Shown piece after piece: positions 20,130 to 30,162 of a DNA stretch of 55,683 nucleotides. Source of the stretch: an uncultured Syntrophaceae bacterium (GTDB lineage: Bacteria > Desulfobacterota > Syntrophia > Syntrophales > UBA5619). Under the pieces are notes generated by a model, which did no database searches, was not told where the DNA came from, and saw only the letters and a program-made list of their open reading frames with translations. How positions within the stretch are numbered: position 1 is the first letter of the stretch; every line of letters starts with the position of its first letter. The position numbers and the translations under genes were made by a program. Location: the NCBI GenBank assembly GCA_964433455.1, contig CAYSSF010000004.1:1-55683 (forward strand), in the 5' to 3' direction.

Positions 20130-20163
20130 TGGTAGACCTATATTTATGCTGAAAAATGGTAAA

Positions 20164-20967
20164 ATGAGGCATCTGAAGGATCTCATCATCCTGGTCAAAG
20201 GCGGAGGCGAAATGGCCTCGGGCGTTGTTCAGAGATTGGTCCGCTCGGGCTTCCGGGTCTGTATCACGGAACTCCCCGAGCCGCTCGCCGTGCGCCGGGA
20301 AGTCTCCTTCTGCGAAGCCGTTTTCGCGGGACAGACCGAGGTCGAAGGGTTGATCGGAAGGCGGGCGTCCACAAAAGAAGAAGTACAACACTGCTGGGAG
20401 AGAGGGGAGGTGCCGGTCGTCGTCGACCCCGGGTGTGCCATGCGCAAGACCCTGTCGCCCGATGTATTGGTGGATGCGATCCTGGCCAAGAAAAATACCG
20501 GCACAACCCAGGGCGATGCCCCCCTGGTCATCGGTCTGGGGCCCGGCTTCCGTGCCGGAAGGGATGTGCACGTTGTCATCGAGACCAACCGCGGACATCG
20601 CCTCGGAAGGGTGATTGAAGAGGGAGAGGCAGAGCCGGATACGGGCATCCCCGGCGATATCGGCGGCTACACGCGGGAACGGGTCCTGCGGGCCCCGGCC
20701 GGCGGAATGTTCCGGGGAAAGAAGCAAATCGGAGACCGCATCGAGAAGGGAGAGGTCGTGGCGGAGGTGGAAGGCGTTTTGCTGGCGGCGGCGATCTCCG
20801 GCGTTTTACGGGGAATCCTGCACGACGGCCTTACCGCGGAGCCGGACATGAAGGTAGCGGATGTCGACCCGCGTGCGGCGCGGGAACATTGCCTGACCGT
20901 CTCCGAGAAGGCCCGCGCGATCGGCGGCGCTGTTCTGGAGGCCGTCATGGGAAGGTACAATCGATGA
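20164..20967 (+). CDS. yqeB: Selenium-dependent molybdenum hydroxylase system protein YqeB
   Basis: KGGGEMASG, PLAVRREVSF, LAKKNTGT, GLGPGF, IETNRGH, DVDPR, SEKARAIGG. Confidence 0.88.
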   Translation: MRHLKDLIILVKGGGEMASGVVQRLVRSGFRVCITELPEPLAVRREVSFCEAVFAGQTEVEGLIGRRASTKEEVQHCWERGEVPVVVDPGCAMRKTLSPDVLVDAILAKKNTGTTQGDAPLVIGLGPGFRAGRDVHVVIETNRGHRLGRVIEEGEAEPDTGIPGDIGGYTRERVLRAPAGGMFRGKKQIGDRIEKGEVVAEVEGVLLAAAISGVLRGILHDGLTAEPDMKVADVDPRAAREHCLTVSEKARAIGGAVLEAVMGRYNR

Positions 20968-21012
20968 AGCGCCGCGCACCGGCAGGGACTCATACCGTCC
21001 CGATTCGGAGGC

Positions 21013-21828
21013 ATGATGGCGGATCTGTATGAGGAGATCGTAAAGCTCAGGGCCGAGGGCGGAAGCGCGTCGCTGGCGACCATCGTCGGCGCCGAGGGCT
21101 CCACCCCGCGGGAGACGGGCGCCAAAATGCTCGTCCGTGAGGATGGGACCATCCTGGGGACCATCGGCGGCGGCTGCCTGGAGGGACAGGTCATCGTCGA
21201 GGCGATCATGGTCATGCGGGAAGAGAGGCCACGCACTGTCCATTACGATCTCACGGGCAGGGAAGCGGCCGGGGCCGGGATGATCTGCGGAGGGGTTCTG
21301 GATGTCTACATCGAGCCGATCGTTCCGACCCCCACGGTCTTCATCTTCGGCGGCGGCCATATCTCGCTTTTCGTGTCGAAAATCAGCGCCATGACGGGGT
21401 TCCAGGTTGCCGTGATCGACGACCGGGCCGAGTTTGCAAGCGCCGAGCGCTTCCCGGAGGCCCGGCAGGTGATCGCCGAGAAGTTCTCCCAGGCCTTTCC
21501 CCGATTGAAGGTGAATCGCTCCGGTTATCTGGTCATCGTGACACGGGGACATGCCGGCGACCAGGAGGTCCTGGAGTGGGCGCTCACCACGGAGGCCCGG
21601 TATATCGGCATGATCGGCAGCAAAAAGAAGATCCGGACCCTGTACCAAAACCTGGAGGCGAAGGGCGTCGCCCCGGAAAAGCTGGAGCGCGTCTTTGCCC
21701 CCATCGGTCTGGATATCGGGGCGCTCACGCCGGAAGAGATCGCGGTCGCCATCGTCGGCCAGATGATCCAGGTAAGGCGGGAATCGCCCGCCCCGCGGCA
21801 AACCACGGGGAAACCGTGCGCCGGCTGA
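21013..21828 (+). CDS. xdhC: XdhC/CoxI Moco insertion chaperone
   Basis: GSTPRETGAKM, GTIGGGCLE, ICGG, YIGMIGS, PIGLDIGA. Confidence 0.9.
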   Translation: MMADLYEEIVKLRAEGGSASLATIVGAEGSTPRETGAKMLVREDGTILGTIGGGCLEGQVIVEAIMVMREERPRTVHYDLTGREAAGAGMICGGVLDVYIEPIVPTPTVFIFGGGHISLFVSKISAMTGFQVAVIDDRAEFASAERFPEARQVIAEKFSQAFPRLKVNRSGYLVIVTRGHAGDQEVLEWALTTEARYIGMIGSKKKIRTLYQNLEAKGVAPEKLERVFAPIGLDIGALTPEEIAVAIVGQMIQVRRESPAPRQTTGKPCAG

Positions 21829-21877
21829 CCCGGGAAGGGGTCCCCAACAACCTTCGGTCCTGAACGAGGCGCAAACC

Positions 21878-22483
21878 ATGATCTCAGCGATCCTGCTCGC
21901 CGCAGGTGAATCCAGGCGCATGGGCCGGCCCAAGCAACTCCTGGAATGGCACGGGAAGAGCCTGCTGCGGCACATCCTGGAATCGCTCATCCACTCCGCT
22001 GCGGACGAGATCATCCTGGTGCTGGGCCATGAAGCCGACCGGATCAGGGCGAGTCTCCCGGCGCTTCCCGTCAAGGTCGTGATCAACCCGGACTACAAGC
22101 AGGGGATGGCCTCTTCGCTGTGCAGGGGTTTGCTGGCCATGGATCCGGGGAGCGAGGCCTTTCTGGTTCTCCTGGCGGACCAGCCGGACATCGACCCGGA
22201 GATCATCAACCGGATCATCCGGGAGTTTCAGCAGGCCGATCCCCCGCGAGGGATCGGCCTGCCCGTTTATCGGGGCCTGCGGGGGCATCCGGTCCTGATC
22301 GGCGTCCAGTATTTGCAGGAGGCCCTGCAACTGCGGGGGGATGTAGGCGCCCGCCCGATCCTGCTGAATCACCCCGGGGATATTTTGGAGATCGATGTGG
22401 ACCGGGATGCGGTCCTGAAGGATATCGATACGCCGGAAGCGTATCGAAAATATACGAGGCAGGCGGAATCGGGTGAATCATGA
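21878..22483 (+). CDS. mocA: Molybdenum cofactor cytidylyltransferase
   Basis: LAAGESRRMG..KQLL, GMASSL, GHPV, GDVGAR, DIDTP. Confidence 0.88.
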   Translation: MISAILLAAGESRRMGRPKQLLEWHGKSLLRHILESLIHSAADEIILVLGHEADRIRASLPALPVKVVINPDYKQGMASSLCRGLLAMDPGSEAFLVLLADQPDIDPEIINRIIREFQQADPPRGIGLPVYRGLRGHPVLIGVQYLQEALQLRGDVGARPILLNHPGDILEIDVDRDAVLKDIDTPEAYRKYTRQAESGES

Positions 22484-23277
22484 CGCTGGCGGAGGCCTTT
22501 TCGATCGGCGGGAGAGAATCGATCAGCATCGTGGGCGCGGGCGGGAAGACCACCCTTCTGTTCGCGCTGGGCAGGGAGCTCTCGGCGCTCCGCTGCGGGG
22601 TCATCCTGACCACGACCACGAAGATTTTCGAACCGGAGCCCTTACCCGCCTTTTTCCAGTTCCTCTCCCCGGATTTGAACGCGGTAAAAAAATGGGTGGT
22701 GGAACATGCCGCCCACAACCGATCCCTTCTGCTCGCCCGGGAACGGCTGCCCGGCGGGAAACTGGCGGGGCTCCCTCCCCTGTGGGTGGACGAGCTTTTC
22801 GGTCTGGACGGGATTTCCACGATTGTCGTCGAAGCCGACGGCGCGGCCGGCCGGCCGTTGAAAGCCCCGCGTGCAGGGGAGCCGGTCATACCGGACAGTA
22901 CGACCATCCTCGTGCCGGTCATCGGGATCGACGGCCTGGATCGCCCCCTCGATGAGGAAACGGTCTTTCGTTCGGAGATCGCCTCCCGCCTCCTCGATCT
23001 GCCCCTGGGAAGCGCCGTGACGAAAGAGGCCGTCGCCCGCCTGATGCTGGAATGGATCAAACCAGCCCCCGCCGGCGCGCGCATCGTCCCCCTGATCAAC
23101 AAAGCGGACCTCCCTGGCGGCAGGGAAAAGGCCGAAATATTGGCGCGCCATCTCCTTTCCCTTCATCTGCCCGGAATCCGGCAGGTCCTCCTCGGCCAGT
23201 TGCGGCCTGTGCCCGCCCTGATGGCGAGGATATCAACGTGGCGATGGAACGGCGCGAAGGGAAAGACGAAGCGCTAA
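22480..23277 (+). CDS. yqeC: Selenium cofactor biosynthesis protein YqeC
   Basis: VGAGGKTT, TTTTKI, VEADGA..PLKAP..EPVIP. Confidence 0.88.
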   Translation: MTLAEAFSIGGRESISIVGAGGKTTLLFALGRELSALRCGVILTTTTKIFEPEPLPAFFQFLSPDLNAVKKWVVEHAAHNRSLLLARERLPGGKLAGLPPLWVDELFGLDGISTIVVEADGAAGRPLKAPRAGEPVIPDSTTILVPVIGIDGLDRPLDEETVFRSEIASRLLDLPLGSAVTKEAVARLMLEWIKPAPAGARIVPLINKADLPGGREKAEILARHLLSLHLPGIRQVLLGQLRPVPALMARISTWRWNGAKGKTKR

Positions 23278-23540
23278 AGCCCGTAAAGGATGAGGTGTCC
23301 CGGGCCATGCCGGCCTCGGTGATGCAGAAGTATATGCTTGCCTGGCCCGATACAGAGATTCCGGCCCTCGGTGGCAAGAGCCCCCGGGAAGCCATGAAGA
23401 CAACGACGGGGCGGGAGAAAGTCATCGAGATCATTAAAAATATGGAAAATGCAGAAGCCCGAAAGAAGAAGGCCGATAAACCCTTCATCGACCTCCGTCC
23501 CGTGAGGAGAGAGCTGGGAATCGGAAGCAATGAAGGGTAG
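23244..23540 (+). pseudogene. Probable C-terminal fragment with an MbcA/ParS(DUF2384)-like motif
   Basis: WPDTEIPALGGKSPREA..LRPVRRELG; overlaps the yqeC 3' end, no convincing SD. Confidence 0.5.
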
Positions 23541-23692
23541 TTTCATCGTCCCCACCCGTTGCCGGTTTTTGACACAGACATTAGAATCGTTAGCGTTTAA
23601 CCGCTGTTCCGATACGCAGATCCGAAAGCAAGCTTCTTGACATTGTCGGATCGAGAGAGATATATAAAGAAAAAGGATTTTTGGAGGCTAAG

Positions 23693-24133
23693 ATGAAACT
23701 AAAGCAGATCGCCATTCATATTGAAAATTCACCCGGCCGTTTGTTCGACATTACCAAGACCCTTGGAGATGCGGGGGTAAACTTGAGGGCCCTGAATCTC
23801 GTCGATACCGGTGAGTTTGGCATCCTGAGGCTCCTGGTCTCGGACCTGGCAAAGACCAGGCGGATCCTGATGGAAAAACAGATACCCGCGAAAGTGGATG
23901 AGGTGGTGGCGGCCGAGATCGAAGACAAACCGGGCCAGCTTGCGGCCCTCCTGAAGCCGCTTCAGAAAGCGAAAGTCAATGTGACTTACATGTACGCATT
24001 TATCGGATTTTCATCGAAGAAGGCGGTCATGATTTTTCATTTCAGCGACAATGACAAGGCTGTCCAGATCCTCATGAAAAACGGCGTCAAACTGATCGAC
24101 GCGGAAGCGTTGGGGATGCTTGAAACAAAATAG
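23693..24133 (+). CDS. Tandem ACT-domain protein (type usually found with phenylacetate-CoA ligase/IOR)
   Basis: QIAIHIENSPGRL..EDKPGQL..YMYAF; GGAGG SD; TTGACA upstream. Confidence 0.85.
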   Translation: MKLKQIAIHIENSPGRLFDITKTLGDAGVNLRALNLVDTGEFGILRLLVSDLAKTRRILMEKQIPAKVDEVVAAEIEDKPGQLAALLKPLQKAKVNVTYMYAFIGFSSKKAVMIFHFSDNDKAVQILMKNGVKLIDAEALGMLETK

Positions 24134-24259
24134 CGACTCACGCTCCTCGATGCGGTTTATCAGGGAGTAACTTTTGAAGTTGCTCAGAAGGCCCCTCTAT
24201 CTGTACCCCATCGGGGGTGGGGGTAGTTGCGGCCACTTCGGCGGCGAAGCGGGTGCCGG

Positions 24260-25801
24260 TTATCGGCAATATCTGTCCCTGAGTACGCGATGCAATATCT
24301 TCCCCGTTGGCGTTCGCGGCATCTCATCGGCTTTTATAAAGAGGATCTGCTTGGGCCGTTTGAAGGCGGCGAGTTTGTCCTTGCAGTATTCGAGAAGCGT
24401 GTTTTCATCGACATCCGCCTTCGGGATCACCACCGCGACCACTTTTTCACCCCATTTCTCATCGGGCATGCCGATGACCGCGGTGTCGAAGACGGCGGGA
24501 TGGCTCCCGACAACCTCTTCGACTTCGCTTGGATAGGCATGCTCACCCCCGGTGATGATCATGTTGTCCTTGCGGTCCACGATCTGATAATAGCCGTCTT
24601 CATCCCTTCTGGCCATATCGCCCGCCGAGAACCATCCTCCCCGAAAAGAGGAGGCGGTCTTTTCCGGCATCCTGTGATACCCGTCAAAGAGCATCGGCCC
24701 GCGTGAATAGAGTTCCCCAACTTCTCCGATGGCGGCCTCGTTTCCTTCTTCGTTGATGATTTTCACCAAATCGGTGCCGACCGCTTCGTATCCGATCGAA
24801 CCAAGCTTTCTCATCTGATCTTCCGGTTTCAATATCGTAACGATGCCGGCCTCCGAAGATCCGTATGCCTCGTAGAGCTCGACGCCGGGGAAGAAGTCCA
24901 GGATGGCGAGCTTCATGTTTTTCCGGACCGGAGCAGAGGAGCAGAGCAGCTTTCGGATGGAGCCGACATCGCGGCGCCTCGCCTCTGGAGGCGAGTTCAA
25001 TATGAGGTTGTAATGGGTCGGGATGAGGGAGATGAAGGTGATCTTTTCCCGTTCGATGATTTCCAGGATCTCTTCGGCCTTGAACGACCGGGCCGGATGA
25101 ATATAGGCTGTGCCGCCGATATAGAGGAAGGTGAAGGTGTAAAAGGTGGAGTTGATATGGCACAGCGGCATCACATTGAGGCATATGTCATGGTGGGTGA
25201 ATCCGGAGTCGACCGCATTCAGCAGATAGAAGGCGATGTGCGACTCGTGGGAACGGATGACCCCCTTGGGCTTGCCGGTGGTTCCGGAGGTGTAGATCAA
25301 AATCCACGGGTCCTTCGGGAGAACCTCAACGTCCGGTTCCCTGTCTGCCGAACCTTCGATCAACCGTTCATATTCGAGATAACCCTCTCTCTTCCTGCCC
25401 ACCGCGACATACCCGTCTTCGGCAATGTTACCGAGCCGTGGCCGTATCTCCTCGACCAGCGGGACGAACTCATGGTCGACCATCAGTATCTTTGCGTCGG
25501 AGTTGTTGACGATATATTCGATGTCTTTCCCGACAAGCCGAAAGTTGATCGGCACGATGACGAGGCCCGCTTTGGCCGTAGCCAGATAAACCTCGATGAT
25601 TTCAATACAATTTTCGAGGAGGACCGCAACCTTGTCTCCCTTCTTCAGCCCTATGGAAAGAAGGCTCCCTGCAAGCCGGTTTACACGTCCGTTTACTTCC
25701 GGATAGGTGAAGCTTCTTTCCCTATCCTTGATTGCAGTCTTGGTGCGGAACTTCTTTGCGTTCACTTTCAGCATTTGACCGAGATTCATCCAGTGAGCCA
25801 T
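24260..25801 (-). CDS. AMP-dependent acyl-CoA synthetase/ligase
   Basis: YTSGTTGKPKG, YGSSE, GDMA..DRKDNMIITGG, TGKI. Confidence 0.92.
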   Translation of the reverse strand: MAHWMNLGQMLKVNAKKFRTKTAIKDRERSFTYPEVNGRVNRLAGSLLSIGLKKGDKVAVLLENCIEIIEVYLATAKAGLVIVPINFRLVGKDIEYIVNNSDAKILMVDHEFVPLVEEIRPRLGNIAEDGYVAVGRKREGYLEYERLIEGSADREPDVEVLPKDPWILIYTSGTTGKPKGVIRSHESHIAFYLLNAVDSGFTHHDICLNVMPLCHINSTFYTFTFLYIGGTAYIHPARSFKAEEILEIIEREKITFISLIPTHYNLILNSPPEARRRDVGSIRKLLCSSAPVRKNMKLAILDFFPGVELYEAYGSSEAGIVTILKPEDQMRKLGSIGYEAVGTDLVKIINEEGNEAAIGEVGELYSRGPMLFDGYHRMPEKTASSFRGGWFSAGDMARRDEDGYYQIVDRKDNMIITGGEHAYPSEVEEVVGSHPAVFDTAVIGMPDEKWGEKVVAVVIPKADVDENTLLEYCKDKLAAFKRPKQILFIKADEMPRTPTGKILHRVLRDRYCR

Positions 25802-25823
25802 ATTACACCTCTCCTTGAAAACA

Positions 25824-25915
25824 AGTGCTAAGTGCTGAGTGCTGAGGACTAAGTGCTGAGTTTCGTAAGGGCGGTTTTCAAACCCGCCCCTACTCAGTCC
25901 TCAGCACTCAGCACT
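25824..25915. repeat. Inverted heptamer (AGTGCTG) arrays enclosing a GTAG-type REP hairpin
   Basis: Five AGTGCTG-like units, then GTAAGGGCGGTTTTCAAACCCGCCCCTAC, then three reverse-complement units. Confidence 0.75.
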
Positions 25916-26689
25916 CGTTTCGATAGCGTAGAGCGCGGCGCCGATCGCGCCTGTCAGTTGGGGGTACTCGGGAACGAGCAGCTTCCTCCCGACCATCCCT
26001 TCGGTCATCGTGACGAGAAACGGATTGTGGGCCACGACGCCTCCCGTCATGACAACATGTTCCGTCAGAGACTCCATTTCCAGAACCCTCTTGATTACGG
26101 AGAGGAAAAGGCCTTTGACGATGTCCGGGACCTTTTTCCCCTGGCGAATTTTTTCCAATACCTCCGTTGCCGAGAAGACGGTGCAGAAACTCCCCAGTTC
26201 GATCAGATTTTCGGATTGTCTGGCCAAGCCGTCCATCTTCTCGATGGGGATGTCCAGGCGGGCGGACATCTCTTCGAGGAAGGCCCCTGTCCCGGCGGCG
26301 CATTTCCGATTCATTTTAAAACCGGTGCGACGGCCCTCAGCGTCCAACTTGATTATTTTGTTGTCCTGGCCGCCGATATCGATGATGCTGATGCTGAAAG
26401 GGAATTCATGAAAACACCCCTTGCCGTGGCAACTGATTTCCGTTTTTTCCAATGTCGCGAACGAAACGTTTCGTCTCCCATATCCGGTAGAGACTGCGGC
26501 GGATATCTCTTCCCTGGACGCATTCGCCATCGCGAGGGAAGCAACGAGGCCGTTTTCCGCGGCGGCGCTGAAATCGTTTCCCGACTTTGAAACGGCATAC
26601 CCGATCAGTTTTTTTGCCGAATCGAGTACGGCCACCTTTGTTCTGGAGGCGCCGATGTCCACTCCGACAAACAGGGGTCGAGAATTCAT
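25901..26689 (-). CDS. 2-hydroxyacyl-CoA dehydratase activator ATPase (HgdC/BcrA-D family)
   Basis: GVDIGASRTK, STGYGR, IDIGGQD, KCAAGTG, FCTVF, TGGV. Confidence 0.9.
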   Translation of the reverse strand: MNSRPLFVGVDIGASRTKVAVLDSAKKLIGYAVSKSGNDFSAAAENGLVASLAMANASREEISAAVSTGYGRRNVSFATLEKTEISCHGKGCFHEFPFSISIIDIGGQDNKIIKLDAEGRRTGFKMNRKCAAGTGAFLEEMSARLDIPIEKMDGLARQSENLIELGSFCTVFSATEVLEKIRQGKKVPDIVKGLFLSVIKRVLEMESLTEHVVMTGGVVAHNPFLVTMTEGMVGRKLLVPEYPQLTGAIGAALYAIETSAEC

Positions 26690-26695
26690 ATCGGT

Positions 26696-27640
26696 CTATT
26701 TCGGTTCCAATGCCTTGACAAGGGCCCGCAGCGTCCGGTTGTAAGGCGCTTCCACGCCCGCCTGCAGGCCATATTCGACAATTTTGCCGTTCATGAAATC
26801 GATCTCCGTCCGGCGTCTGTTTTCGATGTCGATGAGCATGGAAGGTTTGTGATCGCCGGCCTTTCTCATGTACTCGACGGCATGGGGATAGTAGTTCCAA
26901 CCCAGTTCGATCTCGTTGGCCCTGGCAACGGCGATGCACTCTTTCAACAATGATTCGACGATCTGCAAAACGATCGGATCGTTCATCGCCTGCGCCATCG
27001 TCAAGCCGGTCACCGCGCAGACAGGGTTCATCGAAGAATTCAGGATCGCTTTTCGCCAGACCATGGAGTGAATATTGGTTGTGTGGCTGGTGGGAAGCCC
27101 GCACGCGGTCAGGATTTTTGCGACTGCAAGCGCCGCACCTGCGGAGTCTGGATCGAGTTCCTGCAACAAATGGGGGGGATGGTGAAAGGGCATATGAACA
27201 TGGCCCGGTTTTACGAGAGTGCAGCCCCAATTGACGACGGCCCTCATCACCGGTTTTTTGCCGAGGGTGTCGGCGATTACCGCCTCCGTGTCGATGCCGT
27301 TCTGCCAACTGATGACATGGAGCCCCTCTCTGTAAAAACCTTCAATGGCCGAAGAGATCAGCGGAAGGGCATTGGCCTTGACGGTAAGGAAGATCACATC
27401 GGGAAGATATTCCGCAAGATCGTCAATGCTGGTGCAGGTTCTGGTGACCGCCTGCTGGAGATGCTCCGCCCCTTCGATGATGATGCCGGGATCCAGGGCC
27501 GGCTTGAGCAATTCGGGGAAGACGTCGCACAGCGTGACCTCATACCCGCCTTTGGCCAGAAATGCGGCGACAATGCACCCGACCGGGCCGGCGCCGACAA
27601 CCGCAAACGATCGGGGCCGAAAATCCGAATTCTCTTCCAT
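26696..27640 (-). CDS. PanE/ApbA-family 2-oxoacid reductase
   Basis: GAGPVG, TVKA, QNGI, WRK..N, KPSMLID..RRTEIDFMNG. Confidence 0.88.
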   Translation of the reverse strand: MEENSDFRPRSFAVVGAGPVGCIVAAFLAKGGYEVTLCDVFPELLKPALDPGIIIEGAEHLQQAVTRTCTSIDDLAEYLPDVIFLTVKANALPLISSAIEGFYREGLHVISWQNGIDTEAVIADTLGKKPVMRAVVNWGCTLVKPGHVHMPFHHPPHLLQELDPDSAGAALAVAKILTACGLPTSHTTNIHSMVWRKAILNSSMNPVCAVTGLTMAQAMNDPIVLQIVESLLKECIAVARANEIELGWNYYPHAVEYMRKAGDHKPSMLIDIENRRRTEIDFMNGKIVEYGLQAGVEAPYNRTLRALVKALEPK

Positions 27641-27717
27641 CGTAGCACCCCCTTTTTCCGCATTGGAGAACGGAAGTTAACCCTTTATCGACGGCTCCGT
27701 TCCCCCGCATGGATCCA

Positions 27718-28431
27718 TTATTTTCCAAGGTAGGCATGGAGCACTTTTTCGTCAGCCAGAAGATCCGCGGCCGTGCCTTCGATCACCACGGAGCCGGTTT
27801 CCAGGACATAGCCGTATCGGGCGATATGCAGCGCCGCCTGGGCGTTTTGCTCCACCAGAAGGATGGTGGTTCCCTGGTCATTCAGAGCTTTAATGACCCG
27901 AAGTATTTCCGCAACGAGCATTGGGGCGAGTCCCATGGACGGCTCATCCAGGATGAGCAGCTTGGGCCGCGACATGAGGGCCCGCGCGATCGCCACCATC
28001 TGTTGTTCCCCGCCGCTCAGGGTGCCGGCCAGTTGCTTGGTTCTTAGCTTAAGGAGCGGAAATATCCGGTATATCCCCTCGAGTCGCTCCTGAATTTCAT
28101 CCTTGGTCTTCTTGCCGTAGTACAAATAGGCCCCCAGATGGAGGTTGTCCAGGACGGTCAAGTGGGTAAAGAGCTGCCTGCCTTCCGGGACCAGGGAAAT
28201 ACCCATAGAGACGATCTTGACCGGCGGAAGGGAAGAGATTTCCGTTCCCTCGTAGGTGATGGAACCGCTCTTCGACTGGATCAGGCCGGAAATCGATTTC
28301 AGAAGGGTTGTTTTCCCCGCGCCATTGGCGCCGATAATGGTCACCATGCTGCCGTGCGGAATGGTCAGGGAAACATTCTTCAACGCCTGGATATTTCCAT
28401 AGAAGGCATTTACCCCCCTCAGTTCAAGCAT
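27718..28431 (-). CDS. HAAT ABC ATP-binding protein (LivF-like)
   Basis: GANGAGKTT, LSGGEQQM, DEPSMGLAP. Confidence 0.92.
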   Translation of the reverse strand: MLELRGVNAFYGNIQALKNVSLTIPHGSMVTIIGANGAGKTTLLKSISGLIQSKSGSITYEGTEISSLPPVKIVSMGISLVPEGRQLFTHLTVLDNLHLGAYLYYGKKTKDEIQERLEGIYRIFPLLKLRTKQLAGTLSGGEQQMVAIARALMSRPKLLILDEPSMGLAPMLVAEILRVIKALNDQGTTILLVEQNAQAALHIARYGYVLETGSVVIEGTAADLLADEKVLHAYLGK

Positions 28432-29207
28432 AGCAGACTCTCTCCCCCCAGATAGGCTTCGATAACCCTCGGGTTATTCTGAATCTGGGCCGGCGGCCCC
28501 TCGGCGATCTTTTCCCCGTAATTGATCACAACAATTTCGTCCGATACCTTCATGACCAGAGACATGTCATGTTCCACAAGGAGGATCGTAACGCCGCTCT
28601 CCCGGATGCTGTAAACCAGGCCCGCCATTTTTTGCGTTTCCACCTCGTTCAGGCCGGCGGCCGGTTCATCAAGAAGGATGAGCCTGGGGCCGGTGGAGAG
28701 GGCCCTGAGAACTTCCAGTGTCTTCTGTTCGCCCAACGGCAGGCTCCCGGCGGGCAGATCGGCCCGTCCCAGCAGGCCGCCCAATTCCAGTTTCTCAAAG
28801 GATTGATCCCGTATCCATTTTTCCTCTTTTCTCATCCGCGGAAGCCGGAACCCGGATGCAAACAGGCCGGCCCGTGATCGGGGATGGCAACCGACCATCA
28901 CGTTTTCCAGAACCGTCATCTGGGGAAAGAGCTCGACCGTCTGGAACGTTCGAGAAACACCCAACCCGGCAATAACATGGGATTTAAGGCCGTTGATGGG
29001 CTTCCCCCGGAGAATGATGGCGCCGGAGGAGACAGGGTGCACACCGGTGATCAGATTGAAGAGGGTCGTCTTGCCGGCCCCGTTGGGTCCGATGACGGAC
29101 TTGATCTCCCCCTCCCGCACCTTGAAGGAGAGGTCGGAAATCGCCATCAGGCCGCCGAAGGTTTTATGCAGGCGTTCGGTCTCGAGAATAAACGGATTGG
29201 TGGTCAT
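28419..29207 (-). CDS. HAAT ABC ATP-binding protein (LivG-like)
   Basis: GPNGAGKTT, DEPAAGLN, VIEAYLG. Confidence 0.92.
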   Translation of the reverse strand: MTTNPFILETERLHKTFGGLMAISDLSFKVREGEIKSVIGPNGAGKTTLFNLITGVHPVSSGAIILRGKPINGLKSHVIAGLGVSRTFQTVELFPQMTVLENVMVGCHPRSRAGLFASGFRLPRMRKEEKWIRDQSFEKLELGGLLGRADLPAGSLPLGEQKTLEVLRALSTGPRLILLDEPAAGLNEVETQKMAGLVYSIRESGVTILLVEHDMSLVMKVSDEIVVINYGEKIAEGPPAQIQNNPRVIEAYLGGESLLCLN

Positions 29208-30154
29208 GCATCCCCTCGCTTGAAATATTTGCGGTAGAGCATCGGTATCCCCTCCAGAAATCCTTCGGGCATAAACAGAAGGATCGCCAGCAGGATGGCG
29301 CCGTAAATCAGGATGTCGAAGTCTTTGAATACCCTAAGGTATTCCGGCAGGAACGTCATCAGCGACGTCCCCATGACGGCGCCCCAGATATTGTGGAGCC
29401 CGCCGACGACGCCCATGACGAGGAACATGATCGAGTTCATCAATGCAAAATTGTTTGGAGCGATGAAACTGACAAAGTGGGCATAAATGCTGCCGGCGAT
29501 CGAGGCGTAAATGGCGGAGAGGACAAAAATCTGGATCTTGTAGGCCGATAGATTGACCCCCATCGCGCCGGCGGCCACTTCGCTGCCGTGCATGGCCTTC
29601 AGCGCCCGTCCAACCCTGGAATGGATCAGGTTCAGCGAAAACCAGAGGATTGCAAGCAATGTACCCCAGACGAGATAATAGTACTGGATGCTGTGGGTGA
29701 ATGTATAACTGCCGATATGAAATGCGGGGATGTTGGAGAGACCGGAGGGACCGCCGGTCAGGTCGACCATTTCATTGAAGATGATATAGATGATCTCGCC
29801 GATTCCCAGGGTCGCGATTGCGAGATAGTGCCCTTTCAGCCGTAGCGCGGGGATGCCGATGATGACGGCAACCAGCGAGGAGAAGAGGATGCCGCACGCA
29901 AACGCGGCGTAAATGGAAAGTCCGTAATGGGTGGTCAGGACGCCCGTGGAATAGGCGCCGATGCCGAAGAAGGCGGCATGCCCCAGGGATATCTGGCCGG
30001 CATAACCCATCAGCAGACTCAAGCCGACAACGACCATGCAGTTGATCCCCATGAATACCAGGATGCTCAGGTGATAATCCCCGCTGACGATGAGAGGGAG
30101 GACTGCAACAACGGCAGTCATTGCCAGGAGCTTGAGGTAATTGTGCTTTCCCAT
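29204..30154 (-). CDS. HAAT ABC permease (LivM-like)
   Basis: GYAGQISLGHAAF, LRLKGHYL, TGGPSG. Confidence 0.92.
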   Translation of the reverse strand: MGKHNYLKLLAMTAVVAVLPLIVSGDYHLSILVFMGINCMVVVGLSLLMGYAGQISLGHAAFFGIGAYSTGVLTTHYGLSIYAAFACGILFSSLVAVIIGIPALRLKGHYLAIATLGIGEIIYIIFNEMVDLTGGPSGLSNIPAFHIGSYTFTHSIQYYYLVWGTLLAILWFSLNLIHSRVGRALKAMHGSEVAAGAMGVNLSAYKIQIFVLSAIYASIAGSIYAHFVSFIAPNNFALMNSIMFLVMGVVGGLHNIWGAVMGTSLMTFLPEYLRVFKDFDILIYGAILLAILLFMPEGFLEGIPMLYRKYFKRGDA

Positions 30155-30162
30155 ACCGATCC

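Noticed and set aside
25824-25915. CRISPR-like array
   Set aside because: 7-bp tandem units without spacers; no cas genes
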